DNA of 64,000 bases. Source: Yuukianura sp. NJ FZ-2021 (Eukaryota). The translations under genes and the position numbers were made by a program. Position 1 is the stretch's first letter; each line of letters opens with the position of its first letter. The stretch is from the NCBI GenBank assembly GCA_046563655.1, contig CM102286.1:4154001-4218000 (forward strand), in the 5' to 3' direction. The notes below the pieces were generated by a model. It did not search any database, was not told the DNA's origin, and saw only the letters and a program-made list of their open reading frames with translations. This document shows positions 48,301 through 62,668 of this stretch, one piece after another.

Positions 48301-51300
48301 AAGAAATTAAGGATTGTCTCCGAGGGAAATTCAAACTGAAGTGTAGTATGACTTTTTTTTAGATGAGGTAGCTTGTAGCGTCAAGACTCATAAAACTTTG
48401 GAACCTATTGTTTTATGACTTCCTCACAAGGAAACCAATTACTGAAAAGCCAACCTCTGATTTCTGCCCACAATCCCACATTCTATAGCAAGTTCCACAG
48501 TGTTATTAAAGTCACATTCAGGAAAATATTCAACGTTGTCCATATTTTCCCGCCACTGCTTTCTTCACTTTCTCTATTTTATGTTTACTGTGCATAAATG
48601 CTTATCCGACTGCTTTGGAAACTTCCAATTTGTTACAAATGTAAAACAAAACACAGCATTTGATAAGTTTACGTTGATTCGAAAGTTTCTTTAAAAATTT
48701 TTTTGTTTTGTTGAAATAAAAACTTGAACTTTTTAGTTTTACTCTCACTTGTTGCAAATGACTTAAACCAAATCTAACCCTACCCAATGGCTTTATGTTG
48801 TTGAAATGGATTGTTTGGATCTCTATAATTCTAATCGAGGCAATCTGAGCAATCCTGCCTGCCTTAAAATCGTGATGTTTCGATGGTTTCAGCATTCTCC
48901 CTTTTCTTTTTAACCTTAGGTGGGGCTTCTTTTCACTTTCCTTGTTTCTAGATTTCGGCTAAGTTGTGAAGCAATTAATTTAGTGAAGTTGAGTCGTGCT
49001 AATGCTTGTCCACGGTCCATGGATGAAGGAGGGAGGCCTTGTTGCTAGTTTTAGAAAGAAGAAAGCCTTAGTTCGGGCTCTAATGGACGTGACTAAGGAG
49101 ATCAAAGGAGGGCAAGTGAAATAAGCAAGTGTCGGAACGTAGCCCTTGGCCCCCTTTGTAAGTGGAACCAAAGCGAACAAAAGGGAGATGAAGGACCGCG
49201 GAGGAGAAGAAAAATGGAAAAGAATCAGGGCAGAATGAAAGCAAAAGTGCAAAAAGAAAGTCTATTTTTTAAGCGTCTCACGCCAAAAAGCTTAATTAAC
49301 TTCCGGAGCAACACAATATGTCAAAGTGCTCTGACACAAAAATCAAGGCCAGTTGCTCTTTGTCCAGTGTATTTGTCATCAATTACTGGACAAAATTGGA
49401 GCATCATTTCTAAAAAAAGCATTTTGAAAAATGTGCCGACCATAACTGGATTGCCTTTTCTGCAATTTTAGCTCAACTCAAGGGCAAAGTATACCTTAAC
49501 CTAAAGTAAATTTCCGCTTCTTGTAAGTGATTATAAAAGCCATAAAAATCATGTACTTAAATTAATCGATGACCTTCTGATGATTAATCGATTATTTTTG
49601 AACTAAGAAAATGCATTCTGAGTAGAAAGAAATTTTGCGACGATGTTCATTAATTTTGCTTTAAAAAAAACTTTACTTTGAGTGAACTGGCAGTGACAAA
49701 TGCTTTGCTGACTTCGTGTTGCATGTATATTTTTCCGTCATACCATTCACATCCAAAAATTGCCAAAAGTTTTGACAAAGGAGGCTTTCCTTCCGCTGAC
49801 TACATTTTTGCAAAAACACAAATGAAAGGCATTTATAACCGACACTTTGGAGTGTGGCATTTCATTCTTCATAAGAATCCATTACACCATGTATACTATT
49901 GCTGGTACAATGATACTCAAAAACCATAAGAAAGAGGCTGTATAATTTTCCTCATGTCAGAAACAAACGGAAATCCGTTACGAACAAAAAGTATCTGATG
50001 TAGCGTTGAAATAAACATTGGAACTTGGACAACTTTTTGCTGGAAAACCATGTTTCAAAGGAACTTAAAATACAACAAAACACATAAAATCTTGAGCGGA
50101 AATCTTAACGCCGCGCTTTTGCAAAATCTTCATGTTTGTCATCGCTGATAAAGAGTCACGCTTGTCTGGCATTTCCAATCTCTCATTTTCAAAAAATTAT
50201 TTGTCACAAAAATGTTCTAAAAACCTTAAATCTTACATTTTTCTTACTATAAACTATTCCAAAGTGGTTTTCGGCATCAATCCAACGCTTGAATTGATAA
50301 ATTCTACGAAAACTTTTTTTTTTCGTAAAATCTTTTATTGGACAACGTTAGTTACGCTATTTTGAGATCTTCTTCCAAGTAAGAATTTTTTTTACCGAAA
50401 CACTTAAATATTTGTGCACTTTTGTCTAAAATCGCAACTTTTGAAACTTTTTTTTCTTTCAAAACACCGAATAACCAGCAAAATTGCAATTTTTGTACCC
50501 ATTTTTTAAGTACAAACGTAAGTAATTGTATTTTGAAAAATTTGATAAATGAAACTAAATAAATCTTGGACTAAATAAATCTTGGGATTATTCTGAAACT
50601 AATTTCGAGGGCATACGTTGTGGCCTTTGACAGGACCAGAGAAAGCGCAAATCCAGTCAAGATCTTTGTGTGTTCTAAAGTACAATGGAGGAAGAATAGA
50701 GACACGCAATGCGATTGTTTCCTTTGTCAAGGGTTTGGACGAGATGACAGATGAAACAGAGGGATGTTGGGGAAGGGGATGAACTTTCTCTCCTGCTTCT
50801 TCCAATATTGAATTCAAAATCAATTTTGGACACAAGGGAAAGTCAGATACAGTTTCAGAGAGTTAAGAATGAATTTCTATTTTTCTGTACACTTTTCTCC
50901 TTTGTTCAACATATAAAAACTATTGTATAATCTCCAGTGCCCTTGAAGCCTCTTTTTATGCTTTCTGCTTTCTCTTTGTCGATTCCGCACACTAAGGATT
51001 TGAAGCACATCTTACCTCAAATGATCAGCATTCCTACAGTCCTTTTTTTATTGTTTCTAACCACTCAGATCCTACAAGTCACAAGTGACGGTCAAGGATT
51101 TCTTTTTTCGAAAAGTGCCACCATTTTTCTCAAAAGGACGGTAGTGTCTATTGTGTTCTTTTTTCTTCGTCGCTTTTTACGGTTCAAATCTTACATACAG
51201 ACACTATAAAAAAAATTGTGCGTTGTGACTCATTCTATTTAATTCAATTTTTGTCAAGTTATGCGACAGATCACTTTATACGGTATTTTCAGCCTTTTAA

Positions 51301-54300
51301 AATTTCCCGCTTTTGCAACCAGAAACTGGAATGAGTGACAAGTCTACTTCTTTTTCATATCTCGTTTTGCCCATCACAATCGCTGAACCAAGTTAGATTT
51401 TTTTTTTGCAAAGCACTTTAGTCCATTTTTTAAACCACGAGAGCGCTTAAGTGCTGTAGCTTCTTATTTGCTTTGAAAAGTAGAAATTTTAATGGAGATT
51501 TTTCCATAAGAATGTTGGAGTGAAATTATTTAGTAGAGCACAAAGTAACTACAAATTGCGGCAAGCTTAAAAGTTTTAGGGATCCATTTTCTAGGCGAAG
51601 CGCCACTTGGGCTTAATGTGCAAATCTTAAAAATTGTTTTAGACATTGAAGTGTTTGCTTTAAAAGGCTAAACCCAGAACAGCTCAATTTAAATTTTTAT
51701 TTATTTCTTTCTTTTTTGAAATCCAATTCTTTGTTAAGAAATTATACAAGTCTACAGGTTAAACTTAAAGGTTAAGATTTCATTCGGACCGATGAAAAGC
51801 TCTTGATCACTCCATAGGTAACTCGCATGTAAATAATGGACAGCGTATGAGGGCGGATGTTCCTACAGCGGGAACTTTGGAGTTGATGGATGATGTTTCA
51901 AAATAAAATAACAAACAACTTTCTCCCCTTCACTTTTGTCCTCCTCCTGTACTACGCCCTTCTGAATCTCTCCTACACTAAAAAAAGAACAGCCAAACAC
52001 GACCATTACCTGTGTGCATTTTGATGGGATCAAATTTATAACATAACATTTCTTTCCAAAATCATTCATCACACACACAAAAATGTCCAGAAAAATGGAT
52101 TTCAGATAATAGGAAAATATTGCATATTGAAGTTTCCACTCAAAATGGAAACTCCCCACAAAGGTTTTTTTTAGTTCATTTCGAACATTGCGCCTTTTTC
52201 GTATGCATTTTTACACAATTTTTGTTTTCACCAACACATACGCCTCTTTTCCTCATTTTCCAACGCATACACAACTTTTTTCTGGACTGTCTTTCTCCAC
52301 TTGTTGGAATTTTTATACTATTACGTGTTAAGATTTTAGTAAATCAACAAAGTAAATATTGGTTTGTAGATAAGGACTAAAGTGAAAACGAAGGTTTTGA
52401 AAATGGAGCTGTTCAGTGGAGCCCAACGGAGAGGCCTTAGGAAGTTTGATGATTGAAGAAAGTTAAGAGCTATGTTTGATACCCAATCTTCTAGGGATAA
52501 ATCCTTTTAACTTTCTCTTGCCCTTGATGATGAAGAATGAGTCACGAAAGGACCTCCTAAAAGCTTAAATACAGTTTATGGAAAACCAAATTGAGATTTT
52601 ATGGGAAGAAAATAACAGTCAAGACTTCTTGTTCCTTAAACTTAGTTTCGCCAAGTTATGGATGCCTGGTTTCATAAAATCAAGAATTTCTCTTAAAATG
52701 ATGCTCGGCTAAGCACTTTTTGCGACCTTGCAATTTTTTGCAATAAACATGTGGAATTTGGGCTTAAAATCTGTCTCCGGTCTTAATATGAATTTACTTG
52801 ATATCTCCAGGTCTAATGCCAAATTATTCACCACTACCTACTTGTTCAAATACACCGATACTTTGTCGTATCTGTGCTTCTGAGACAATCAGAAGAACAA
52901 GTTTTTATTACATTTTTATGTAAAAATGTACTGTTAATGGCGGCTTATCAAACTGGACCATGGTTCTTTCTGTCTCTGAGACATGAAATTCAAAATAACA
53001 TTAGAAAATTATAGTCATTAGAGAATAAGTCTGCTAATATCAACTTGACCTCAAACTCAGGGGGTCGAATTTCAGGTCCAACAACCATTAGCACACTCCA
53101 CTGCGTTCGAATCATCAAGTCAACTGGAGAATACTATGAACACTTAAGTTACATAAGTAACCTAACCAGAAAACACAATTTTTATGATATGTTTATGATA
53201 ACGTTATTTAATATTGTGTTATAACATTGTTTTATAATCAATCTCACGATTGGTTCGCAATTGAGGGTAGTGGAGTGGCTTCGGTTTCAAGCAGTTTCTA
53301 ATGTACGACAGTACAAGACTCATACAATCTGGCTTGAGTCACTTTCCTTGCGGACTTTCACTTGAGCGTGGATTGGCCACCCTTCGCATAAGTGGAGTGG
53401 AACCTACGGAGAGCGGGTTTAGTTACCTTTGGAACTTTATCTGATCCACACGCCAACTTTCTCCTGCGGATCCACCAGAGACAGGGAGAGCAGGTTAGGA
53501 ACATACCAAAAAGACTTGGGAAATCCTTGGAATCCTTACAACTTTAAACCAAGGCTCTCTAGAGAGTCCAAAAACTTTATGAAAGGCGGCAACTGAGAGC
53601 TTGCTGCTAGAAAGTCAACTTGAATCATATTTTATGAAAACCAGTTTCCTCCTATATTATTCTCACCCGCCAAACTTTCTCTTGTCTTCCTCCTCACTTT
53701 CTGAGGAGGAAAAAGGAAACGCTTCGCAAACTCAAAAGACCAAAAACTTTCAAGAATAATCCACAATGAGTGAGTAAGTGGAGGCCTTAAGTTCTAAGTT
53801 TAAGTCAGCACCAAGCAGAGGCGTCACAAGTGGACAAGAACAATAGTGTGAGGGAATGACTTAAGCCCAACTCTTTGTTCCAAAATTTAAAAAAAAGTGC
53901 GTTTGACAATGGAATTAAAACGGAGGAACTACAAAGAAATTTGGCACACACTTCTATACTTTGTGTCTCTACTATCAGGTACAGAAATTAATCCGGTTTT
54001 CACTTTTTCATAAAATTTTGATGAAATGGAAAATGAAGGCTATTGTCAAAAGATATTGACTTGGTTTTGTTCAGTGTCTTCCAAAACCTATTGCATGATA
54101 GGCCCAATCTTTGTCAACTGTCTCCACTACCAGAATATTTAATCAAATTCGTGTCCATCATAAATTTGATTAAGAAAGATTCCAATTTTTCATCAAGTAC
54201 AAGAACTCCCCCACCACTACCAATTATTTCTCAGATATTAGTAAGTCCTACAGCATTTGTCAATATTCTTTGTCAAAATTTTTTTCTTTTGACATTCCGA

Positions 54301-55104
54301 CATTTTTTCAACCAACTTTTTTCTAGCTGTCATACGATGAACGATATTTATTTTGACTTTTCGCTTTGCATTTGCAATACGGAATTTCACTTCTTACATT
54401 CTGTGTGTCACATAACATTATGTATACGAAGATCTTGAAATTTCGGTTTAATGAAAATCCTCAAAGTTTGTATTAGTAAAACATCCCAAAATTTCGACTT
54501 AGTTTAAATCTAGCAAGAAAGGGATTAAATTAAACGTTTAGTTAAAGATTTCGTAGATGTGTTTTCACGCTGTAGCGTCATTTTGTGGACGACTTGATTT
54601 CCAAAAGCCGCTGAAGTTTTCTAGTTTCTTTTGAAAAGAGAAGGAGGTGTTGAAAGTTTGTAATTACAGACTCCACTTCTGGGACTTTGTGAAAGCGGCT
54701 TACAAAGAAAACGTTGAGGCCTTTTCTTTGTTCAATGGGTTATTCAATAGTCAATCGTCTGGTTAGAAACTTTAAAGTGGATTTCCTTCTTGGTCTCTCT
54801 CGGTCAATGGGGTTGTTGGACGGATCGACATGGAAATAAATAAGAAAAAAGATAGGGTGGACATCCCAGGCCTAACTTCCAAGACATCCAAAAGAAGAAG
54901 AGACTTCCTGGAGAGAGACGTCCAGGGGAGATTGGAGTGCTTTAATGGAGAAAGGAGAAAAGATAGGGGAAAGTGGAAGAGTAAAAGTTGCATTTGTTCA
55001 ATCGAACCAGAGTCAACGGAAGATTTACGGACTCGTAGAGGTCTCTTTGTGTATCAGCAGGACTCAATCTCAGATCTATTTACGTTTTTTTTTCTCTTGT
55101 GTAG

Positions 55105-58100
55105 TTTGTGGAGCCCTGACCCTGTCCCGTGTCATCGTCCCTCCGTACAAACTTGTTGGAGAAACAGTGACCCTTGAGTGCCCCTACGAACTCAATAGGA
55201 ATCAGCGAGATAGAATCTATGCAGTCAAGTGGTACAAGGACAACGAGGAGTTCTACCGCTTCGTCCCCAAGCACCAACCGCCAGTTCGCTACTTTGACAA
55301 GTTGGATGGAATTCGCGTCCAGGTGAAAAAAACATTATAAATTCAAAATTTTGAAGTTAGTAAACATATTAGTTGAGTTTATTAAGCAAGTATTATTACA
55401 CTGTGATTTTCAAAATTTGTGCACCGATTTTGCATTTTTTTTTAAAATCCTGCAATACCGATGCCTAACCTAAACAAAATTTTAACGTTGAACAAAGTTG
55501 AGGTCTTTTTTATTGCGTAGGAACAACTTTTTCGGTTTTTTTTTCAGTAAATACAATCACCAACAAAATTCCGGTTTTCAAAAACGCAAAAACGGGGCGT
55601 TAAAAAGTAAAGTGAAAGTTGGGGCTTTGAGTATAAAATGAGTTTCATATTTTATGAAACATAAAGTTGTCACTTTCTGGAGCGTAAATGGAGAATTAAA
55701 ACAGTCATTAAGTCATACCACAAGCCCTTTGAGTTGTCATACGCTTGATACTCTGGCTCTCCTTTGTTCCACTTTGCACAGGTGACTAACGGAGAACTTC
55801 AGTTAAAAAGTTCCATTAAAGAGAAAAAGTTTAGTGACTGTTTGTGTAACCAAGTCCTCGTGAAAGTAAAAGTGAAAGTCAATAAGTAAACTAATGAGAC
55901 CCATGCTTTTGTTTTCCACATCAATTAATGAGCCTTTTGCACGATCTCTCTCCATTATTACGTAAAGGCTCTGGCTTTTCTAAAACTTACGACAGAAAGC
56001 GAGGGAAGGGCCAGAGCCATTAAAATTTTTCAAAAAGTCGTTGCCCAACTACAGAACTTTTCTAATTCCTTGCACAATTGAACAAAATGTTTCAAAAATG
56101 TTAAAGTCAAGAGAGAGGGATTAAAAGTTAAGGGGCGGATAACATTGAGAATGCTGTAAAGCTAAAATTTATACAGTAAAAGCACATTTTTTGTAAATTG
56201 AAATTATTTTAGTGACTTCGGCTTCAGTAATTTATTAAAAGCAAAAGATTTTGGGTTTGAAAAAATAGACAGGGGTTTTTGAGTAGGAAGTGCCGAGGCG
56301 CGGAGAGCAACTGTGCATTAAAAGCGGAGAAAGCATTCTTTTCCAGCGCGTGCTCTTTAATTTGGCATAATGTATTTAGCTGTTGAAAGTTTTGAATGGA
56401 TGGGTACATTATAGAAATTATGTGGATACAGAAAAAGGAAGAGATTTCTTAAAAGCTTTCTCCCCAGTGATTCAATTATTTTAGTTGATTAAATCACAGT
56501 CTTCCATTTTTTCAAAATAAAATTTTACCTTTTTCCATTTTTCAACTAGTAATTCTTAAATTACTTTTTCTTTCTTAAGTGCTTTGGGAATTCAAAAATT
56601 CAGAATCTAGTCAACAGCATGCGCACGAAACTTTAAATTTTTTAGCAAAAGAATCAGACATTTCATGACCTTCTCTTTTTGTGCACTTGACCCCTGATTT
56701 TCTTAAATTTGTATTGATTTCTAATACATGGCTCAAAATTTTCTAAACGTGGCTCGCCGAACGATTTTTTCGGTTGAATTAATAACGGGCGTGTTCAAGG
56801 TTACGCAATTTTCGAAATTTGAAAATTGCATTACATCGTGAGAAAATGATAGGTTGGTACAAAATTGGTAAAAGCCGCTCAATTTTTGACCAATGGATGA
56901 GTCTTACACAAAAGCCGACAAACAAATTTTGTGAACCTGAGCATTTCTGAAAAAAAAAATATACAAACCTGAGGAACCACAACAAAATTTTTTGCAACTG
57001 CAAGGTTTGGAAAAATCAGGCTTGAAACCCTGCACTACTAATTGAAAAAAGTTGTTGGTGTTTGGCATATGGATAAGGCTTGAATTTGTAGCAGGCGTGA
57101 CACTAGGAGTCTCAAAAAACCATAAAGTCCTTACGGTCTATCAAAATTCCAAGTGTGTTCCACATTTTCAAAAAGAAACACAATGCACAACACTTCTATA
57201 CCACCGTGAGACTATGTATAGGTGTACTTGCTTCACTGTACAGTAAGCAAAGCTGAAAATTGGTAAAAATGGAAAAAGGAGTCTTGCCAATCCGTAGTCA
57301 CTTGGGAAAGAAAAGAAAGTACAAAGGAGAAAGGCGGCGCATTGGTGTTACAATGCACTCCTCTTCTTCAAGTTTTCTCATATTTTTCATTTTCACACAA
57401 TTTTCGCACCAAAAAGGAAACTCTCCATCTCTCTCCCGTCAACATTTCCTTTCTGTTCTTCAAAATTTCTTCAATTTATCCACTGCAACACCACACTTCT
57501 CAAGAAATTTGGTAGTACAGTACAACCAAAAACCGCACTAGACCTTAACGTATTCTGGGACGGTCTTCTGGGGAAAGTAGCAAAACCTAACCCAAGCAAA
57601 AGAAAGTTCCTGTTGTTAATATATTATACACTCCATATTGTTCGTTGTGGTTATAAACCCATTCATACAAGCAGCAGACAGCGTCAGAAGTGTGACGTAC
57701 AGCATTGCCCAGCATCTTGGTCAAAATTTTCACTTAATGTCACCTTGTAACCTTTGCTTACCTCATAAACCCAAGCAGCCAAAGCCTAAACCGTATCTCA
57801 AAAAAAGTCAACAAACATGTACTTTTTTTGCTTTTTCTTTTCTGCTTCACTTATAGTCGGATTTTAGCTTGAAATTTGGGTGGCTTGCTTCAAAGGTGTG
57901 AGCACAGTTTAATTTTGAATAGGGGAGACCGGGTACAATTGAATCACTTTTTACATTTGATTTATTTCCGGCTAGACCGTTGTAGTAATTTAATTTGTGA
58001 AGACGGCACACTTACCGGTATACGATTGCAGCATTATAACAATTTTTTAATTGATCAATATTCAATCAGTCTTGCTGATAACGAAGCTTAATTAACTTCA

Positions 58101-61100
58101 CTTTTTTGAGTCAATCGTACCCATGCATGGGTACGATTGAATCACTACTCGGGTACAATTGAATCAGGTGCATTTTAATTGAGATTTAACTAATATTTTA
58201 TTATCTAACTCATAGCTATAGGTTATCACACTAGTCCTGAATCGCATGCTCCGTTTACAAATTTTTTGAAATGGCCAAACACTGTTCTATCGAGCGGCTG
58301 CAACCTGTGAGAAAAGTGCGGTGGAAAAGTGAGAAGGATGATGCCGTTACTCTTACAAAAATCTATGGTTGCTACAGAAATATGTTACTCGTGGTTAGCA
58401 ATTATCAGTAGAGCCCTCTTGTTCTGTGAAAATTTGAACAAAATTATTACCAACATTACCCATAACATAACCCTTTACTTTGATTAACTGAAATTCATGA
58501 CTGACTTACATTTGAAGCACGAGCCTGACTAGCAAAATGCTTAACAAACTCCAAAAATTCTTCGGCTTGCATCCACCCTGATCCGTTTGCAGACCCAATA
58601 CATCCAACCGGACTTACCGGACCATCGTTTACAAAATAGTTTTAAATAGTTTACAAAATTAAGTTGCTTAAACTTCTTTCTGGGAAACACGAAATACGGT
58701 GGAATAGTTTGTCCAGTTATTTAGGTATATTTCGCTCCCACGAACTACCAAATCGGTAGCAGAGCCTCTTAAAGTTTTTTTGATGTTCCGCCTGGGCATT
58801 CGGCTTGAAAAAAACAACTGCATAAAATAAGATAATTGAATATGACTAGCATCAGAGAGTGATTCAATTGTACCCGAATGCCATGATTCAATTGTCCCCG
58901 TTCCGACCGATAACCTTCAAATAAGCGGTGGATAGGGTAACCTATTTTTATAAAAATTGCCAATGATAAACAATAACGGAGCCACTTATGCTAAGCTGAT
59001 TGCAAATAACTTACCTCGATTTTCGCAAAACTGACTTCCGTAGGCGATTTTATGTAGGTTATGAAATGTTTCAAAATTGACATCCAAAATAAACAAATAT
59101 TTATGTCTAAGTGCAAAGTAATGTTGGCGTGTTTTACTTAATTGCCAACGATAGGTATCATCTTTCCCCGCCTAGGTTAATTTTTTGGTATTTTTTGTAC
59201 ATGTCAATACCGAATTAGCGCGACTGATTCAATCGCACCCCGATTCAATCGTACCCGGTCTCCCCTATTCGCGCTTTGTCCCTCACAGTCCCAAAACTGT
59301 CCAAGCTCTCAAGTGAAAGTTCCGCCCAAGGTGACACAGATGACCCGGTATGTCAAAAAGTCATGGACATTTGGTTCTTTGAAGATGCATGTGGTGGAAG
59401 TGAAAGTAGTGTGATGGTAAGGCTGAAGCCCAAGAAAGGAAAGTACATAAAACTGAAGGTGGTAAAAGTTTTATGACGCTGGGAACCCACCTCCCTCTAT
59501 GCTTTCCTCGCTGCTTTCTTTTTCCCGCCATACAGCTTTCTCCCTTACCCACATATGGATTATATTATAATCATTGCCTTTCCGTTTCTCCCTCTTAGGA
59601 ACGTTTTCACTCATCCCGCTTAAAATTTAGAGCAGTTTTATGCTCTCATGACTTCCTACGACTGTGGCTTGTTCCTAAACAAATGTCTCCCAAATTGTAA
59701 TAAGAATGGTTCTTCTGGCAAGGGCAATAAAAACTGTCATTCTCCGTCTAAAACCCATGTAATTGAATTTGTTCGTCGCAAAATTTAACGACTGACTTGT
59801 ACTTTTTCAAATTGACTCAAATTGTCTCTCAGCAGTAAAAAAAACATGGCAACAATTTTATTCTTTCCGTATTACAATTGTCGTCGTCGTCGTCTCACGC
59901 GTGAAACGCCTCACGTAACGAAAATATTTGAAATGCCACAGCGCTGCGTTTAGTCAAAAATTTTTAGACGAGCTTTGCAATCCTTCAAATTGAGTTTAAA
60001 AAATCAAAACTAAAGATTTCTCTGAATCAAAGTGTAATTTTTTGATGTTGCAGTTTGTATATGCAAGTGATACTGACATATTGAAAGTGAAACAAAGAAA
60101 AAGAAAAGCTTTTTTGAATAGCTGCATTAGGTTGGATCAGCTCAGGAGTTTACCAGAAATGCCGTCAGTCTTCCTAGTTGTTGTTTCATTTTCATGTTAG
60201 TTTGGACATGGAAGAACTGAGGAATGGATCAAGTGTTAGGCAAATACGAAAGCACAGTGGTGGAAATGTATCTTGGGAAAGTGTTGTGATTTTTCCCTGT
60301 TTTTACACAAAAAAAGAATACAAGAATAGAGTACCAGCGTTGGGCTCCAAGTTCATATTTTCTCGTTCCTTTCACTCGAACGTGAGAGTGGTTGTCCATC
60401 AAACTGTCGCCTAGACGCACCGTTCCTTGCTTTCACTTTAGTCCAATGTGAAGCCAGGGAAAAACAAACAATAGGAACCAGGTTTCTCCAATTTATTTTC
60501 CTTTCTGCATTCTAAAAAAACTCTACTGGTCTAACCTAACCTAACGTGCTCGGTAGGAGTAACACTTCGCGTTACTCAAATACTTCCAATATTTTGTAAA
60601 TTTATTGTTTACTTTTTCTGTGTTATTCGTTTTAGATTGGAGGTTCGGATGCCAAGCAAGTGACACTTCAGAACTTGGATTTGCGCTCAACAGGTAAGCT
60701 AACATTGAGTCCGCAAAGGCCGAAAGTTCGAGAGATTTGGGAAATCTTTTCTTGAAGTTTTTTTTCTTTTTGGATGGACAGGGGTTTACCGCTGTGAAGT
60801 TTCTGCAGAAGCTCCTTCCTTTACTTCTGTCTATGGGGAGGGACGCCTAACTGTCGTGCGTAAGTTCACCAATTTCCTTTCTCCATCAACTAATGAGTCT
60901 TAGCACTTTTCCTAGTTTAACATAGTTTTTTCACGTTTTTGTACAAAAAAGAAAGTCCCCTTGCCATTTGTCCAATTTGAATTCCTTAATAAAACGGGAC
61001 AGACCCCTGCACGACTTTAATTTATGAGACTTGCGTGTACGCGCATGAGTTCGTTGCCAGATCTAGGCTTACTAACATCCAAACTCATGCAGCTAAAGCA

Positions 61101-62668
61101 CAAAAACTTGCAAAGAAATTAAAAATTTTATCAAAATATGAAAGCATGGATAGTCGATTTTTTATTTAATGACTTCAACACAGGCCGTTTCAAACATAAA
61201 TTACGTAGGTGTTTCGCCTAAGCTAGCCAAAATAGTCGATTTTCATGGTAGCTGCTGATTTTTTGCCATGAAAAACAGTTTATTTTCTGTACAATGGTAT
61301 ATAGAACAGAAATGGGCAATAAGAATTGTGTACGTTATAAACGCGTTGTGTGTTGGTTTGGAGCGATTACTGCACTTTGCTTTCACTAGGGCCTAACCTA
61401 ACCATGGCTTTGAGCCAGAAGTAAGGGTTGTGAGGTGTGTTTTTGGAAAGTGAAAGTGAAATTGTGTGGCTTTGAAGGAGAAAGTGGAGTGCGTTGGTTT
61501 CCTTTCCGGAACATTAGATTATTGCCCTGCATTACACTACTCATTATTCTATTATTTGGGGGTAATCGGCTGACTTTCTCCTTCCTCCAGTCCAAAGCCA
61601 ATTTCCGACGCACTACTTTCCAACCCTATTTTGGTAGTAAACGAATATACTCCATGGATAAATTCTACTAAAACTAAATTCGGAAAACAGAAAAGAGAGG
61701 CTGTGCCACAGGGCTCGTTTCTATCCCAATGTAAACATTATTGTACTTTTGTGAGTTTGTCTCTTTGTGTATACTTTTGGCCAACTTTCCCTCCTCCCTC
61801 TAAACCATTAGCAGTTTGTGTACAAAAGAGAGTTGCAAAATCCCTCTAACAAGTGATTTCGACATCTGAAACTCCCTGGGGTGAAATTTACTTTGCAGAA
61901 TTAAACACACGTTTCGTCGATAAACGGACTAAATTATTACAAAAAATATCGATTCTCATTAGCACGGGATGGCCTTTGTGAATTAAGAGAGTCATCTCCA
62001 AAGGAAAAAGAAACTTATAAACTACACGTTTGAGGAAAATCCAAGCAGTAGTGGAGCAATCTGAAATAATTTATAAACTAATTTCCTAAAGTGAGAAAGT
62101 GATCGACTTTGGTAGAGGAAAAAAAATTGTCTCTCGCATGCGAAAATTTATCAATGTCAAACATGCCTTTAGTGGAAAACGCATCGCGAATTCCACGCGT
62201 GCGCGGAAGTCACTTATTTTTAGGTAATTTGAAACGTAATTTGAGGGCTCCAGTGATGCGTTCACGGTTTTAAATTTCCAGCACTTTTTTTTTGAAAACT
62301 GATTCATTAAAAGAAATAACCTGTTGTTGCTGAATTTATGTTCTGTCTGACGTTTCTCCTCAAATATTTTTTGTTAAGTTAGTAGCTTCGATTAGCGAAA
62401 ATGTTGTGAAAATTGGACTCCTGTGGAGTAGCACGATCAAATTAGGTTGATTGGATGTACAGTTTTGTACTTCTGTTTGGAAAAGACGTGTTAGTAATTT
62501 GTCTCTGTTCTGTTTGGTTCTGTTTCAGATTTGCCTGAAGGCGGGAAAGTTCAGATTGAAGGGAAAGTGAAGGCACGCTACGAAGTGGGAGATGAGCTCA
62601 ACTTCACTTGTTCAGCTGGGAAATCCTTTCCGCCAGTAAAACTCTCTTGGTACATCAACGACCTCACG
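55105..62668 (+). CDS. Beat (beaten path)-family immunoglobulin-domain protein, internal exons; continues beyond the window
   Basis: Exons 55105-55322 (VTLECPYEL..IYAVKWYKDNEEFYRFVP), 60636-60693, 60782-60859 (GVYRCEVSAEAPSF) and 62529-62668 (YEVGDELNFTC..KSFPPVKLSWYIN) are phase-compatible. Possible upstream exons at 47897-47924 and 50938-51090 are tentative. Confidence 0.9.
57922..59265. mobile_element. Non-autonomous DNA transposon (~1.34 kb) with TIRs and TA target duplication, in a Beat intron
   Basis: Left end ta|ggggagaccgggtacaattgaatc, right end gattcaatcgtacccggtctcccc|ta. Internal copies of the gggtac(a/g)attgaatca motif occur near 58110-58165, 58860-58900 and 59225-59240. No transposase ORF seen. 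Confidence 0.88.

Noticed and set aside
45400..55000. Many 60-130 aa ORFs
   Set aside because: Low-complexity F/L/K/S-rich translations typical of AT-rich non-coding DNA, with no recognisable domains.
58110..58900. Spaced repeats resembling a CRISPR-like array
   Set aside because: Irregular spacing, both orientations, inside a TIR element in a eukaryotic intron, and no cas genes.
60530..60545. (CCTAA)n telomere-like repeat
   Set aside because: Only about three units, too short to be meaningful.
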